Part shown: piece after piece, positions 14,846-27,002 of the stretch
Layout: each line of letters begins with the position of its first letter
Numbering within the stretch: position 1 is the stretch's first letter
From: Octopus sinensis
Taxonomy: Eukaryota
DNA length: 64,000 nt
Direction of reading: 5' to 3'
NCBI RefSeq assembly: GCF_006345805.1
Contig: NC_043000.1
Span: 162,378,001-162,442,000 of the forward strand
Position numbers and translations under genes: made by a program
Notes under the pieces: generated by a model
What the model was told of the DNA's origin: nothing
What the model saw: only the letters and a program-made list of their open reading frames with translations
Database searches by the model: none

Positions 14846-15145
14846 GTGGACGCACATGGCCTAGTGGTTAGAGCAGCGGACTTGCGGTCGAAAGATCACA
14901 GGTTCGAATCTCAAACCGGGTGATGTGTGTGTTTATGGGCGAAACACCTAAGCTCCACGCGGCTCCGGCAGAAGGAAATGGCGAACTTCTACTGATTCTT
15001 TCGCCACAACTTTCTTTCACACTTTCCTCCTGCATCTAGCAGCAGCTCACCTGCGACGGACGGGCGTCCCGTCCAGGTGGGGAACCTATACGCCAACGAA
15101 ACCGGCCCTTATGAGCCAGGCATGGCCCGAGAAGGAAAAAACATA
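14846..15145 (+). mobile_element. SINE-D, full-length tRNA-derived SINE
   Basis: A-box TGGCCTAGTGG, B-box GGTTCGAATCT, body related to SINE-C (GAAACACCTAAGCTCCACGCGGCTCCGGCAG), tail GGCATGGCCCGAGAAGGAAAAAAC. Confidence 0.85.
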
Positions 15146-15310
15146 CTTCATAACAACGATTATCAATATTTTTCTCCCCAAGCCATCAAAGTGTTACCTT
15201 AAACCATAAGTTTCATACATGTTTGTGTTTGACTATGTATGTGCATATATTCGTACAAATATATACATATGTACATACATGTATACACACAAATATATGT
15301 ATGTATATAT

Positions 15311-15424
15311 AGGCGCAGGGATGGCTTGCTTACCAACCACATGGTTCCGGGTTCAGTCCCACTGTGTAGCACCTCGGGCAATTGTCTTCTACTATAGCCT
15401 CGGATCTGGTAGACAGAAACTAAA
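15311..15424 (+). mobile_element. SINE-A head with internal deletions, running into the minisatellite
   Basis: AGGCGCAGG..GCTTGCTTACCAACCACATGGTTCCGGGTTCAGTCCCACTG..CTACTATAGCCTCGG. Confidence 0.85.
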
Positions 15425-17430
15425 AGAGATCAAAGATCGGGCCGACAGAGATCAAAGAGGAGTGCCGACAGAGATCAAAGACGGTGTCAAAAGAGATCAA
15501 ATAGGGTGTCGACAGAGATCAAAGAGCGTGCCGACAGAGATCAAAGAGGATGCCGACAGAGAACAAAGAGGGTTCCGACAGAGATCAAAGAGGATGCCGA
15601 CAGAGATCAAAGAGGTTTCCGACAGAGATCAAGGAGCGTGCCGACAGAGATCAAAGAGGGTTCCGACAGAGATCAAAGAGGATGCCGACAGAGATCAAAG
15701 AGGGTGCCAAAAGAGATCAAGGAGCGTGCCGACAGAGATCAAAGAGAGTTCTGACAGAGATCAAAGAGCGTGCCAACAGAGATCAAAGTGGGTTCCGGCA
15801 GAGATCAAGGAGGGTGCCAAAAGAGATCAAGGAGCGTGCCGACAGAGATCAAAGAGGTTCTGACAGACATCAAGGAGCGTGCCAACAGAGATCAAAGAGG
15901 GTTCCGACAGAGATCAAAGTTGGTGCCGACAGAGATCAAAGGGGGTGTCGACAAAGATCAAAGAGGGTGCCGACAGAGATCAAAGAGCGTGCCGACAGAG
16001 ATCAAAGAGGATGCCAACAGAGATCAAAGTGGGTTCCGACAGAGATCAAAGAGTGTGCCAGAAGAGATCAAGGAGCGTGCCGATAGAGATCAAAGAGGGT
16101 TCTGACAGAGAATAAAGAGCGTGCCGACAGAGATCAAAGAGGATTCCGACAGAGATCAAAGAGGATGCCGACAGAGATCAAAGAGGATGCCGACAGAGAT
16201 CAAAGAGGTTTCCGACAGAGATCAAGGAGCGTGCCGACAGAGATCAAAGAGGGTTCCGACAGAGATCAAAGAGGATGCCAACAGAGATCAAAGAGGATGC
16301 CGACAGAGATCAAAGAGGGTTCCGACAGAGATCAAAGATGGTACCGACAGAGATCAAAGAGGGTTCTGACAGAGATCAAAGATGGTGCCGACAGAGATCA
16401 AAGAGGGTTCTGACAGAGATCAAAGAGCGTGCCGACAGAGATCAAAGAGCGTGCCGACAGACATCAAAGAGGATGCCAACAGAGATCAAAGAAGGTGCCG
16501 ACAGAGATCAAAGAGGATGCCGACAGAGATCAAAGAGGGTTCCGACAGAGATCAAAGAGGATGCCGACAGAGATCAAAGAGGATGCCGACAGAGATCAAA
16601 GAGGATGCCGACAGAGATCAAAGAGGGTTCCGACAGAGATCAAAGTTGGTGCCGACAGAGATCAAAGGGGGTGTCGACAAAGATCAAAGAGGGTGCCGAC
16701 AGAGATCAAAGAGCGTGCCGACAGAGATCAAAGAGGATGCCGACAGAGATCAAAGTGGGTTCCGACAGAGATCAAAGAGGATGCCGACAGAGATCAAAGA
16801 GGTTTCCGACAGAGATCAAGGAGCGTGCCGACAGAGATCAAGGAGCGTGCCGACAGAGATCAAAGAGGGTTCCGACAGAGATCAAAGAGGATGCCAACAG
16901 AGATCAAAGAGGGTGCCGACATAGATCAAAGAGGATGCCAACAGAGATGAAAGAGGGTGCCGACAGACATCAAAGAGGATGCCGACAGAGATCAAAGACG
17001 GTTCTGACAGAGATCAAAGAGGATGTCGATAGAGATCAAAGATGGTGCCAAAAGAGATCAAGGAGCGTGCCGACAGAGATCAAAGAGGGTTCTGACAGAT
17101 CAAAGAGCGTGCCGACAGAGATCAAAGCGGGTTCCGACAGAGATCAAGGAGGATGCCGACAGAGATCAAAGAGGGTGCCAAAAGAGATCACGGAGCGTGT
17201 CGCCAGAGATCAAAGTGGGTTCCGACAGAGATCAGAGATGGTTCCAACAGAGATCAAAGAGGATGCCAACAGAGATCAAAGAGGGTGCCGACAGAGATCA
17301 AAGAGGATGCCGACAGAGATCAAAGAGGGTGCCGACAGAGATCAAAGAGGATGCCGACAGAGATTAAAGATGGTGCCGACAGAGATCAAAGATGGTTCCG
17401 TCAGAGATCAAAGAGGGTTCCGACAGAGAT
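15425..17430 (+). repeat. 22-bp minisatellite, consensus GACAGAGATCAAAGAGG(G/A)TGCC, about 90 units
   Basis: Direct reading; the translation repeats every 22 aa, which is 3 units. Confidence 0.97.
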
Positions 17431-18220
17431 ACGTCTCTCGTTGTGTGCTTACGTTGGTGGTGTCCTGTTCATAATATGTATTTTTCTTTTATTTAATAAT
17501 TGTTTGCCACGCGGCCTTTGTCAACAGCATATATACAGGGAGACAGACAGACACAGAGAGAGAGACAGAGAGAAAGACAGACAGACAGAGAGAGAGAGAG
17601 ACAGACAGACAGACACAGAGAGAGGCAAATCAAAAATATAAACAATTATGAAAACAACAAAATTCAAAATAATGTACACAGTCAATGCATTAGGTTGACG
17701 CTCAAAGAAAGTCTGGAGAGAAGGAAAAGAAAGTCCGAGAAAAGCACGTGTGTTGTTGCATTACTGAAGCGACCAGCATCGATAGGTAGATAAATAGATA
17801 GATAAATAGATAGTTAGATAGATTGATAGATAGATAGATAGATAGATAGATACATACATACATACATACATACATACATACATACATACATACATACATA
17901 CATACATACTTACATACATACATAGAAACAAATATTGAATTATGTGTCACGCATCATAATTACTCATCCTAGAGTATACGTCACTAACAAACCTAAATCA
18001 TTATGAATTCTCACACGACTGATCTTTTCTGGTTACCTGCAATTCTTTTTTTAAAATTCACATTTGTATATTATCCTTCATAAAAATATATTATAAATTG
18101 ATTTGATACCGTGAGACGGCTCCAATATATATCCGCATAATACATATGATATATATATATATAATATATATATACATACATATTTTATATATATTTATAT
18201 ATATATATATCTCCGCATAA

Positions 18221-18260
<40 letters not shown>

Positions 18261-18263
<3 letters not shown>

Positions 18264-18322
18264 GTGGTGCTATTAAGTTAGACATGGCCTGGACCAATCA
18301 TGGTCGAAACATATCTAAGTTT
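18261..18322 (+). mobile_element. Extreme 3' tail of the CR1-like LINE, embedded in (TA)n
   Basis: CAGGTGGTGCTATTAAGTTAGACATGGC matches the LINE 3' end at 38012-38040. Confidence 0.7.
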
Positions 18323-18371
18323 ATATATTATATATATTATATATATAAATATATGATACATATTATATATA

Positions 18372-18433
<62 letters not shown>

Positions 18434-18681
18434 CACACACATACACACAGGCTCATACAAACGCGCACACACATGTATATTCAAAAGAATGTATAAAAAG
18501 CTATAATTGGATAGAGCAAAAACTTAACTACGATTTGCAAATATATCTGTTTTATCTCTATTCCTTACCAATTATTGGGTATTAATTCTTTCAGAAATTT
18601 CATTTCTTCGGTAATAGTTCGATTAATAAAAAAAATCATTTCATTCAAGATAGTGAGGTGATAAGAGTTTAATCAATAAGC

Positions 18682-19645
18682 CGTCGCGTTCGGAATATGT
18701 AGTGCTGGATGTGTTGTTGTCGTTCTTGTGGTTGGCATAGTGGGGATACATTTCTCATTACTCTAACTAAGTCTGCCACCAGGATGTTGATCTTGGTAGT
18801 ACAAAGATCAACATCCTGGTGGCAGACTTAGTTAGAGTAATGAGAAATGTATCCCCACTATGCCAACCACAAGAACGACAACAACACATCCAGCACTACA
18901 TATTTCGAATGCAACGTTCCGGATACACAAAATACGATAGAATCAGAGTGTACAAAGGAGCGAAAACAAGGTTCGAACGCATTCTAAGAGATGACGAAAA
19001 CGGTATATGCCCCCTATACTGCAACAAGTTCTGGAATAAGTTAGAGAGGGACACCAACAAAAGAAATAAAACCAATACTTGTTATGGTAACAAGAAATTT
19101 CACAGTGTAATGTTTGTTGATGTCACACCGAAGAACGAATTAAGTAAGGCATTTAAGAAAATCCTGCGCACAACCGGCCTTAATATCAAAGTTGTAGAAA
19201 AGACCGGTAGGATTATCAAATCTGTATTATGTAGATCATATCCATTTGATAGAATCACGTGTCAAAATAATTGTGCAGTATGTTCGACAAACTCACATGT
19301 GAACTGAAAAGCCAAGAGCACTGTAAACCAAATTAAGTGCCAAGAAGTAGCTTGCGCGACTAACCCAGAGTAATACATAGGTGAGACTTCTAGGAGTATC
19401 AATGAAAGGTTCAAAGAACACCTGGACAACTACATTGAAAAGAAATCAAACTCCATCTCCTATCAGCATGCTGTAGACTGCCACAAGGGCTCCTTGGGGA
19501 GACTTAAGTTAAATATCTTTTCCACACATCCCACTGATGCAATGTTGAGACAAGTCAATGAAGCTGTCTGTATACAAGAATAAAAAACCGACTCTCAATC
19601 GAAAATCCGAATGGGGTAACATCCAGATTCCACTCGGGAATCCCA
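18682..19645 (+). mobile_element. 5'-truncated Penelope-like element (Naiad-like RT thumb, linker and GIY-YIG), decayed, with a 5' inverted duplication
   Basis: ORF 18819-19307 SVMFVDVTPKNEL..IKVVEKTG..RSYPFD..CQNNCAVC continues in frame through TGA to TVNQIKC..*YIGETSRSINERFKEH..HAVDCH..RQVNEAVCI, then after a frameshift LNRKSEWG. Clade assignment from motif recall only. Confidence 0.85.
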
Positions 19646-19965
19646 TTCTATAGCCACTCCTCTCTCTCTCATTTACATGCATTAATGCATGTTGAAATGC
19701 ATAATACTAAAATACATATATGCAGTTATATATAAGCCTACATTGTTTGATACGTATGTATGTATGTGTAGATGTATATGTGTGTGTACGTGTGTGTATG
19801 TGTTGTGTGTTGTGCATGTTAGTGTATAAGTATGTACATGTATACACATATAAGTATGTGTAGATATATGTATGTATATGCATGTAAAAAATAAATAAAT
19901 AAATAGAATAAAATTAAGCAAATTTGAATTTTAACCGTTGAACTTGTAAAGAGTGTCATATATAT

Positions 19966-20179
19966 GTGATCACGTGACCGACCGTTGGTCACAATGCGTT
20001 CGCATTGTTTTAGCCTTCAAATGACACCACCCCGCTGGCTAAGCGAGCAGGCCAACAGAAGAAAGAGTGAGAGAAGAGTACTGCAGGGATCACCACCCCC
20101 TGCCGGAGCCTCGTGGAGCTATTAGGTGTTTTCGCTCAATAAACACTCACAACGCCCGGTCTGGGAATTGAAACCGCGA
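19966..20179 (-). mobile_element. SINE-C lacking its extreme 5' end
   Basis: Reverse complement TCGCGGTTTCAATTCCCAGACCGGGCGTTGTGAGTGTTTATTGAGCGAAAACACCTAA matches 63652-63709; tail GGTCACGTGATCAC. Confidence 0.9.
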
Positions 20180-20180
20180 A

Positions 20181-20279
20181 CCTAAAATTTTCGTTGCGTC
20201 TTGCAACCTTTTCAATAGTCTTGACTCTCAAGACTATTGAAAAGGTTGCAAGGTTGCAAGACGCAACGAAAATTTTAGG
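20181..20279. repeat. 99-bp palindrome with 3-nt loop and an 8-bp duplication in the right arm
   Basis: CCTAAAATTTTCGTTGCGTCTTGCAACC..GTCTTGA-CTC-TCAAGAC..GGTTGCAA(GGTTGCAA)GACGCAACGAAAATTTTAGG. Confidence 0.95.
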
Positions 20280-20884
20280 AAAATAAAAAGAAGAAATAAG
20301 GGGAATATGCTTCAACACACGAACTCACATAAAGAATCTTGCAAACCAAATCCAAAATCGAAATATGTAGAGATGGATAAGCGTATATGTGTGGATACAT
20401 TAAGATTATACGTATATTTGTGAGTATGTGTAAGTGTCTATATGATTGTGTGTACTTGTATATATTCATAAGGTTATATGTGCATATATGTATCTAAGAC
20501 GTTGTATCCATTCACCGTTAGACAGTGGTGAGAGGGACAAACGCATACACACACACATTTATATATGTGTGTGTGTGTCTATATACATGTATATGTGTGT
20601 ATAAACAACCTTCAATAAAATAACAGTCATGTAAACAAATTGAACTGACACATATCAGTACATGAACATACGTTCACATGTACACACACACAGACATGTC
20701 TACACTCTCCTAAATACTCACATACATACATAAGTACATACGTACATACTTACATACATAGATGCGTATAGGCGTGCACACATGCATGCGCTCATACATG
20801 TACCCACATACATACATACTATCTATCTATCTATCTATTTTTCTGTGCACCTGTAATCGACACATACCCTTCCCCAAAATGGAT

Positions 20885-22270
20885 TCCGGCGAACGTGTAC
20901 ATCGCATCCGTCATCGATTATCGTCTGACCGTTGTGCCTTGTTCCGACCCTACCATCACCAAACTGGAACGCATACTCTTCCGCTTCCTGTGGAAAGGAA
21001 GCGTTCCGATGGTTAGGCGATCCATTTGCTGGCAACACCCGCTAAATGGAGGGCTAGGCATGCTGTGGTTGATGATGCGCAGACATGCGCTGAGACTGCG
21101 ACATCTCCAGCGCTCCATAGACGACGGTGAACAGGTGTGGTCTCCTTTTGTGCGACTCGCTTTCCCGCAGCTCGTCTCCTTGGACGAACTACAGTCGTGG
21201 ATCAAACAGACCGAGGCTAGGCGAATGGCACCGCGAGTGTCGCGTTGCTTTCAAGCAACTCTGTCGTCCAGGACCAAAGTTGTGCGACTTCATTACAACA
21301 AAGGCGTTCTATAGAGGATTAGTGGAGGGGAGGTGCGACGACGTTCTCGGGCAGAATTTGGGCGTCGACGAGGAACACCTAACCCGCCTGTTCAGGGGAA
21401 CTTTCGGGCCGGGACCTATGGACAATCACCAAAGATCCCTGGCCTGGCAGTGCTATCGAGAAGTATTACCTGTTTGGGATAATCTCTACAGGTTCGAGAC
21501 ATCCTGGACCGACTTGCTCGAGATGCGGTCAGAGCGACAAAACAGTTTTGCACGCACTCGTACAGTGTCCTACCGTTTCGGACCTGTGGGCTTATGCCGA
21601 ACGGCTGCTGTCATGTGTGGGATGAGTCCGCATATCGGCCGAGTCTATCGTGAAAACTGCTCCGCTCCCTTCCCTCAACCGGGAAGGCAAGGAGGTTTTC
21701 ATTGTGTGTGTGGTGGACTCGAGCGAAAGGATTAGAGACAAACAATTACCTCTTTGGCCAATCGCTCATCAACTTTTTCATGTACCACTTGAAAAGGAAG
21801 GTGAGAATGGAGAGGTATGTTTTGTCTCGTGAAAGTTTCAAAAGAAGGTGGTTGAATGTAGCAAAGATGGTGCGTGCGAGTTACGAAACCACTTTGAGCA
21901 TGATCCTGTAAATCGTAAAAGAGAGAGCGAGAGAGCACTTTGCTCTCATGCGTTTATTTCCTCCCTGCCTGAGGTTACTGTGGTCTTTTCTGTAGGCTTT
22001 TCTTTCCACGGATGAACCTAATCTTGCTTCTTACTTTAAAAAAAAATTCTTTCTGTGATACACGATCTCTTTTGATCGCCTTTTCCCCCCGATCCCTTTA
22101 AATCGGAATTTTACATTTGTTTCCTTTTTTTCCTTTTTCATTTTCCATCTTCAAAAAGAAAAGCTCTCCATGTGTATTTGTCCCCTCTGTGCTCAGCCCT
22201 GTGTGGCCAATAAAGAAACTTATCTTTGTATTTGTGTCTATGAATATCTGTTTAAGTGCTATCTCTATCT
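20885..22270 (+). mobile_element. 3' portion of a Tx1/L1-clade LINE (post-RT region, zinc knuckle, 3' UTR), decayed
   Basis: KLERILFRFLWKG..RRSICWQHPLNGGLG (20895-21314), SLAWQCYREVLPV, frameshifted C-x2-C..ETVLHAL knuckle near 21500-21570; homologous to 33045-33530. Confidence 0.85.
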
Positions 22271-22414
22271 TTCTATTAACTTTAATAATTCATATTTGAT
22301 AGTCGTAACACTACGGCCGAGAGTTTCGTGCGTTAGCGCTTACCAGCCTGTATCTTTATTGTTATCTGTCTGTTTGCTCTCTCTCTCTCTCTTTTCCCTC
22401 TCTCCCCGCTCTCT

Positions 22415-22455
<41 letters not shown>

Positions 22456-22605
22456 TTATCTACTTCTGTCGGTTTTTCTTATCTCTTAAGCTTTATATTT
22501 ATTTTTTATCATTATTTGGCAGAAGTAACAGAGTGTCTCCAGGACTGAGAGTTTCTTGCGTTCTTTTTATCTAGCTATCTTTCTATCTAATTTTTCCATC
22601 TAGTC

Positions 22606-22671
<66 letters not shown>

Positions 22672-23498
22672 TTATCTCCCCGTATGTCTGTCTGTCTATC
22701 TATCTATCTATCTGTTTGTCTGTCTGTCAATTTATTTGTCCCTCTTTTTAACAATCTCTCCACCCATCTATCCTCCATCCCTACCCCTCCCTCCCTTTTC
22801 CCTCCTTCCATCCATCCATCCGTTCATACAATCATCCAGTCGTCCCTCCATGGCCTTCACATTTCTCAATAATTGCCATTAAACAATGATCAAATCGTGA
22901 AAAGGTTTTCTGTTTTTTATATTCTCTTGGTTATTTCTCCACAGCGCTGTTTATGTGACTCTTTGAGGCATACATGGGCGAGACGAAACTTTGATTGGTG
23001 GATTATTGCTAACGTTATGGGTTCGTGTTAGAGTTAGTGACAGGGTCAGGGTCAGGGTCAGGGTTACAGATATTGCTCTGGCTGGTGATAGAGTTCTTTA
23101 ATAGTGTTGTCAGCTATGTTTGTGCGTATAACGATGCGGTGTTAGCGTATAACGATGTTAGCGTTGACGTTGAATGTCGGTGTTAGAAGACGTATTAGGG
23201 ATGTCACTGGCGGAGGTGAAGTAGTTGCCTTCGAAGAGAAGAGAAACTGGTGTTTATGCTGATATGTGCAGAAGAAATGTAAGACACGTTTGAAATAAAC
23301 ATGCAAATGTAAAAAAAAAAAACAACAACAACAACAACAACAAAAATACTACAAAATAAAGTAAATTACAACAAAGTTAACAAGGAAATAAAATATTAGA
23401 TATGATATCGATTTGCTTGTTTATCTTCTTAGGAATATGGACACACACACACACACACATATACATACGCATAATCTAGTGAGTCATTTCACAGTTTG

Positions 23499-23529
<31 letters not shown>

Positions 23530-23930
23530 AAAATTTAGTTGAGAATAGGATAATTAAGTTTAATTCCTTGTTTGTTTTCGTTCTTTTTAGCTTGCTTTGT
23601 ATATTTGCGTATGCGTGTGTAGAATTGTCTGTGTGTGTGTGTATGAAGTATATATGCATGGGTTTATATGCGTTTGAGTTATATGTACATAAGTACACTT
23701 GTGTATGTGTGTGTGTGTGTGTGTGTGTGTTTTGAAGAAATGTAAATGTCTGAGTGCATGTTAGTGGAAGTTTGCCTCTGTCAATGTGTGTGTGTGCATG
23801 TATGTGTATTTGTGTCTGTGTTTTAGTATTTTGGTGTATGAATGTTTGTGTGTATAAGTGTGGGTGTATTTGTGTGCATGTATTTGTATTTGTTTGTATT
23901 GACATGCATGCATGTACGTATGTGTATGTG

Positions 23931-24026
<96 letters not shown>

Positions 24027-24159
24027 AAGAATGGCGTATTCAGTGGCTTGAGAAAAATACAAAAGAAATGAAACTCGAAATATCGTAACGGAGGGTAAAT
24101 AGAATGAAAAGGAAAAGAGATAGATAGAGACAGACAGAAAGACAAACAGATAGATAGAT

Positions 24160-24190
<31 letters not shown>

Positions 24191-24203
24191 TAAATTGGTA
24201 GAT

Positions 24204-24305
<102 letters not shown>

Positions 24306-24453
24306 GAGAGAGAGAGAGAGAGAAAGAGAAAGAGAGTGAGGAGGCGGAGAGACAGAAAAACTGAGTGGGAGAGAATGTCAAAGAGAAAGATAATGGTGAG
24401 AGTGAGTGAAATTTAAAGCAAACGGAACGAATGAAATAAACCTTTCTGCTTTA

Positions 24454-25016
24454 GGAACAAGGCCTGGATTTTCTAGGTAGGAGGACAGTCGTTCACATCG
24501 TCCCTAGAACTCAACTGGTAATTATTTATCAACCCCGAAAGGATGAAAGGCAATGTCGACCTCGGCGGAATTTGAACACTGTAGAATTTGAACAAGCGGT
24601 AGACGAAATACTTATTTCTTTACTACCCACAAGAGAGGACAAATAAAGGCAGACAAACGAATTAAGTCGATTACATCGACCCCAGTGCGTAACTGGTACT
24701 TATTTAATCGACCCCGAAAAGATGAATGGCAAAGTCGACCTCGGCGGAATTTGAAGTCAGAACGTAGCGGCAGACGAAATACATATTTCTTTACTACCTA
24801 CAAGGGGCTAAACATAGAAGGGACAAACAAGGACAGACGAACGAATTAAGTCGATTATATCGACTTCAGTGCGTAACTGGTACTTAATTTATCGACCCCG
24901 AAAGGATGAAAGGCACAGTCGACCTCGGCGGAATTTGAACACAGAACGTAACGGCAGACGAAATACGGGTACGCATTTCGCCCGGCGTGCTAACGTTTCT
25001 GCCAGCTCGCCGGTTT
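24454..25016 (-). mobile_element. SINE-B with three tandem core units
   Basis: Head at 24968-25016, three cores, two linkers. Confidence 0.9.
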
Positions 25017-25551
25017 AAGAACGGATGAAGAAAATAAAGGAAGGAAATTAGAAAGAAAGAAGAAAGGAAAAAAGAAAGAAAGAAAGAAAGAAGGAAGGAA
25101 AGTAAGAATGAAGGAAGGCGAGAAAGAATGAAGGGAAGAAGGAGAGCAGGAATGGAGGAAGGAAGAAAAGAAAGAAAGACAGAAAGAAAGCAAGGAAGAA
25201 AGAACAGAAGAATGAAACTAATACGAGTGACAGAAGGTTGAAAAATATGTGAGGTGGGTGTATATTATTTGAATCAGGGATGGAAGATCTTGTGTTGATA
25301 GAAAAAGAAATAGTTTTAGGGACGAACGCGAGCACACACACACAGATGCACGCGCGAGCACACACATACACTGACGTACTCACATACACACAGAGTAATA
25401 CACAGATGCACACATGCACCTACAGTATGAAAGATTGATAAATAGATAAGTAAACGGATAGAAAGACGAAGATGTAAAGATAAATAAGAGGGACAAGGAG
25501 TCAGCGCGCTAGAGAAATGTATACAAATGCATATATATGATAGGACAAATA

Positions 25552-25590
<39 letters not shown>

Positions 25591-25689
25591 AGAGAGAGAG
25601 AGATAGTGGGAGAGAGAGAGAGAGATGCATGTGTATGTGTGTGTATATATATGTATATATATGTATATATACATGTATATATATATATG

Positions 25690-26092
25690 TAAAATAAATT
25701 AATAAATAAAACATATGCATATATACATACATATATGTACGTACCTACCTCTACATGTATATATACATGCATATATGGGTACAGGACACCAAAAAAAACG
25801 TCGAACACAATGAGAAACGAAAACATAAACACAAAACCAAGGAGATGGACATTTTTTAAAAACAACGAAAAATAGAGTACAGGACATACAAAACAAGGAA
25901 AATTCCCCTTCTTCAGTCGCCTTAATTTCATCTACTCCACGTTTCGAAGGTCAAGGCGATACATGACTTCCATGAAATTTTCCTTCCCGCGAAAATCAAA
26001 TTAAATAAAATTTGAGATTTTTTTGCGGAGGGGTAAAAAAGGTAACAAAAACAGGACAGTAACGACAGTACAAAATATAAACAGTAAAAGAC
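25690..26092 (-). mobile_element. Dispersed repeat P1
   Basis: About 200 bp closely similar to 48905-49085 (both translate FFWCPVPIYACIYTCR.RYVHICMYICIC). Confidence 0.75.
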
Positions 26093-26355
26093 AGGACTGT
26101 CGTATATATGTATATATATATATGTGTGTATGTGTGTGTGTGTTTGTGTGTCTGTGTTTGTCCCCCTAGCATTGCTTGACAACTGATGCTGGTGTGTTTA
26201 CGTCCCCGTCACTTAGCGGTTCGGCAAAAGAGACCGATAGAATAAGTACTAGGCTTACAAAGAATAAGTCCCGGGTTTAATTTGCTCGACTAAAGGCTGT
26301 GCTCCAGCATGCCGCAGTCAATGACTGAAACAAGTAAAAGAAGAGTAAAAGAGTT
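26093..26355 (+). mobile_element. SINE-A 3' half
   Basis: GTTTACGTCCCCGTCACTTAGCGGTTCGGCAAAAGAGACCGATAGAATAAGTACTAGG..AAACAAGTAAAAG. Confidence 0.9.
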
Positions 26356-26419
26356 ATATATATATATATATATATATCTATTATATATATCTATAATAAT
26401 ATATATATATATATATATA

Positions 26420-26491
<72 letters not shown>

Positions 26492-26507
26492 TAGATAGAT
26501 AGATAGA

Positions 26508-26555
<48 letters not shown>

Positions 26556-26717
26556 CTGATAGATAGAAAACACATTATAAGTCTATGTATATATATATAT
26601 ATATTAAGAAACAACTTACTTAGAAATGGATGCGTGCGTTTTGTGTATAAATATATACATAAGTATAGATATAGACGTATGTATATATACGTGTGTGCAT
26701 ATTATATGTATATATAT

Positions 26718-26750
<33 letters not shown>

Positions 26751-26948
26751 GCCGCGGATTTTACCGAAAAAAGCATATGTTTTACTGATTTTAACCCACG
26801 CTGGTGGAAGTAGGAGGAGAGCAGAAATTCTTCGCTTGCATTTTTGAGTTTGTTGGCACTGTTAGTTACGAGCAGATCTTCAGAAGCGAGAGGAAGCCGA
26901 AAGGGTATGCTCCTACTTTCAGTGGTTCAAATCCAAACCAGGGAGTTC

Positions 26949-27002
26949 TGAGCTGATGATAGAAATGTCGGATTTTGACTAATCTTGAAACGTACGTTCT
27001 CA
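26949..27002 (+). ncRNA. Candidate type I hammerhead ribozyme
   Basis: Stem I TGAG(26949-52)/CTCA(26999-27002); core CTGATGA 26953-59; interrupted stem II AGA..GTC/GAC..TCT; GAAA 26987-90; palindromic ACGTACGT stem III; GUU triplet. Confidence 0.6.

Noticed and set aside
14846-14925. tRNA-like heads here and at 63601 and 63250-63324 as genuine tRNA genes
   Set aside because: No complete cloverleaf or acceptor stem, and they continue into SINE bodies
15425-17430. CRISPR-like appearance of the regular array
   Set aside because: Head-to-tail repeats with no unique spacers, no cas genes, eukaryotic context
15219-17641. Long ORFs such as 16275-17474 (399 aa, PTEIKEGADRDQRGCRQRSKR repeats)
   Set aside because: They are open in all three plus frames only because the 22-bp unit lacks stops; no unique domain, and the array starts inside a SINE
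23040-23064. (TCAGGG)n telomere-like variant run
   Set aside because: Only about four units; no evidence of an interstitial telomere
22930-23290. Unique GC-richer island after the acceptor-like TTCTCCACAG
   Set aside because: Stops in all frames examined on both strands
25905-25985. CGAAACGT and CTGAAGA words on the minus strand of P1
   Set aside because: Wrong order and spacing, and no convincing stem I, so not called a hammerhead
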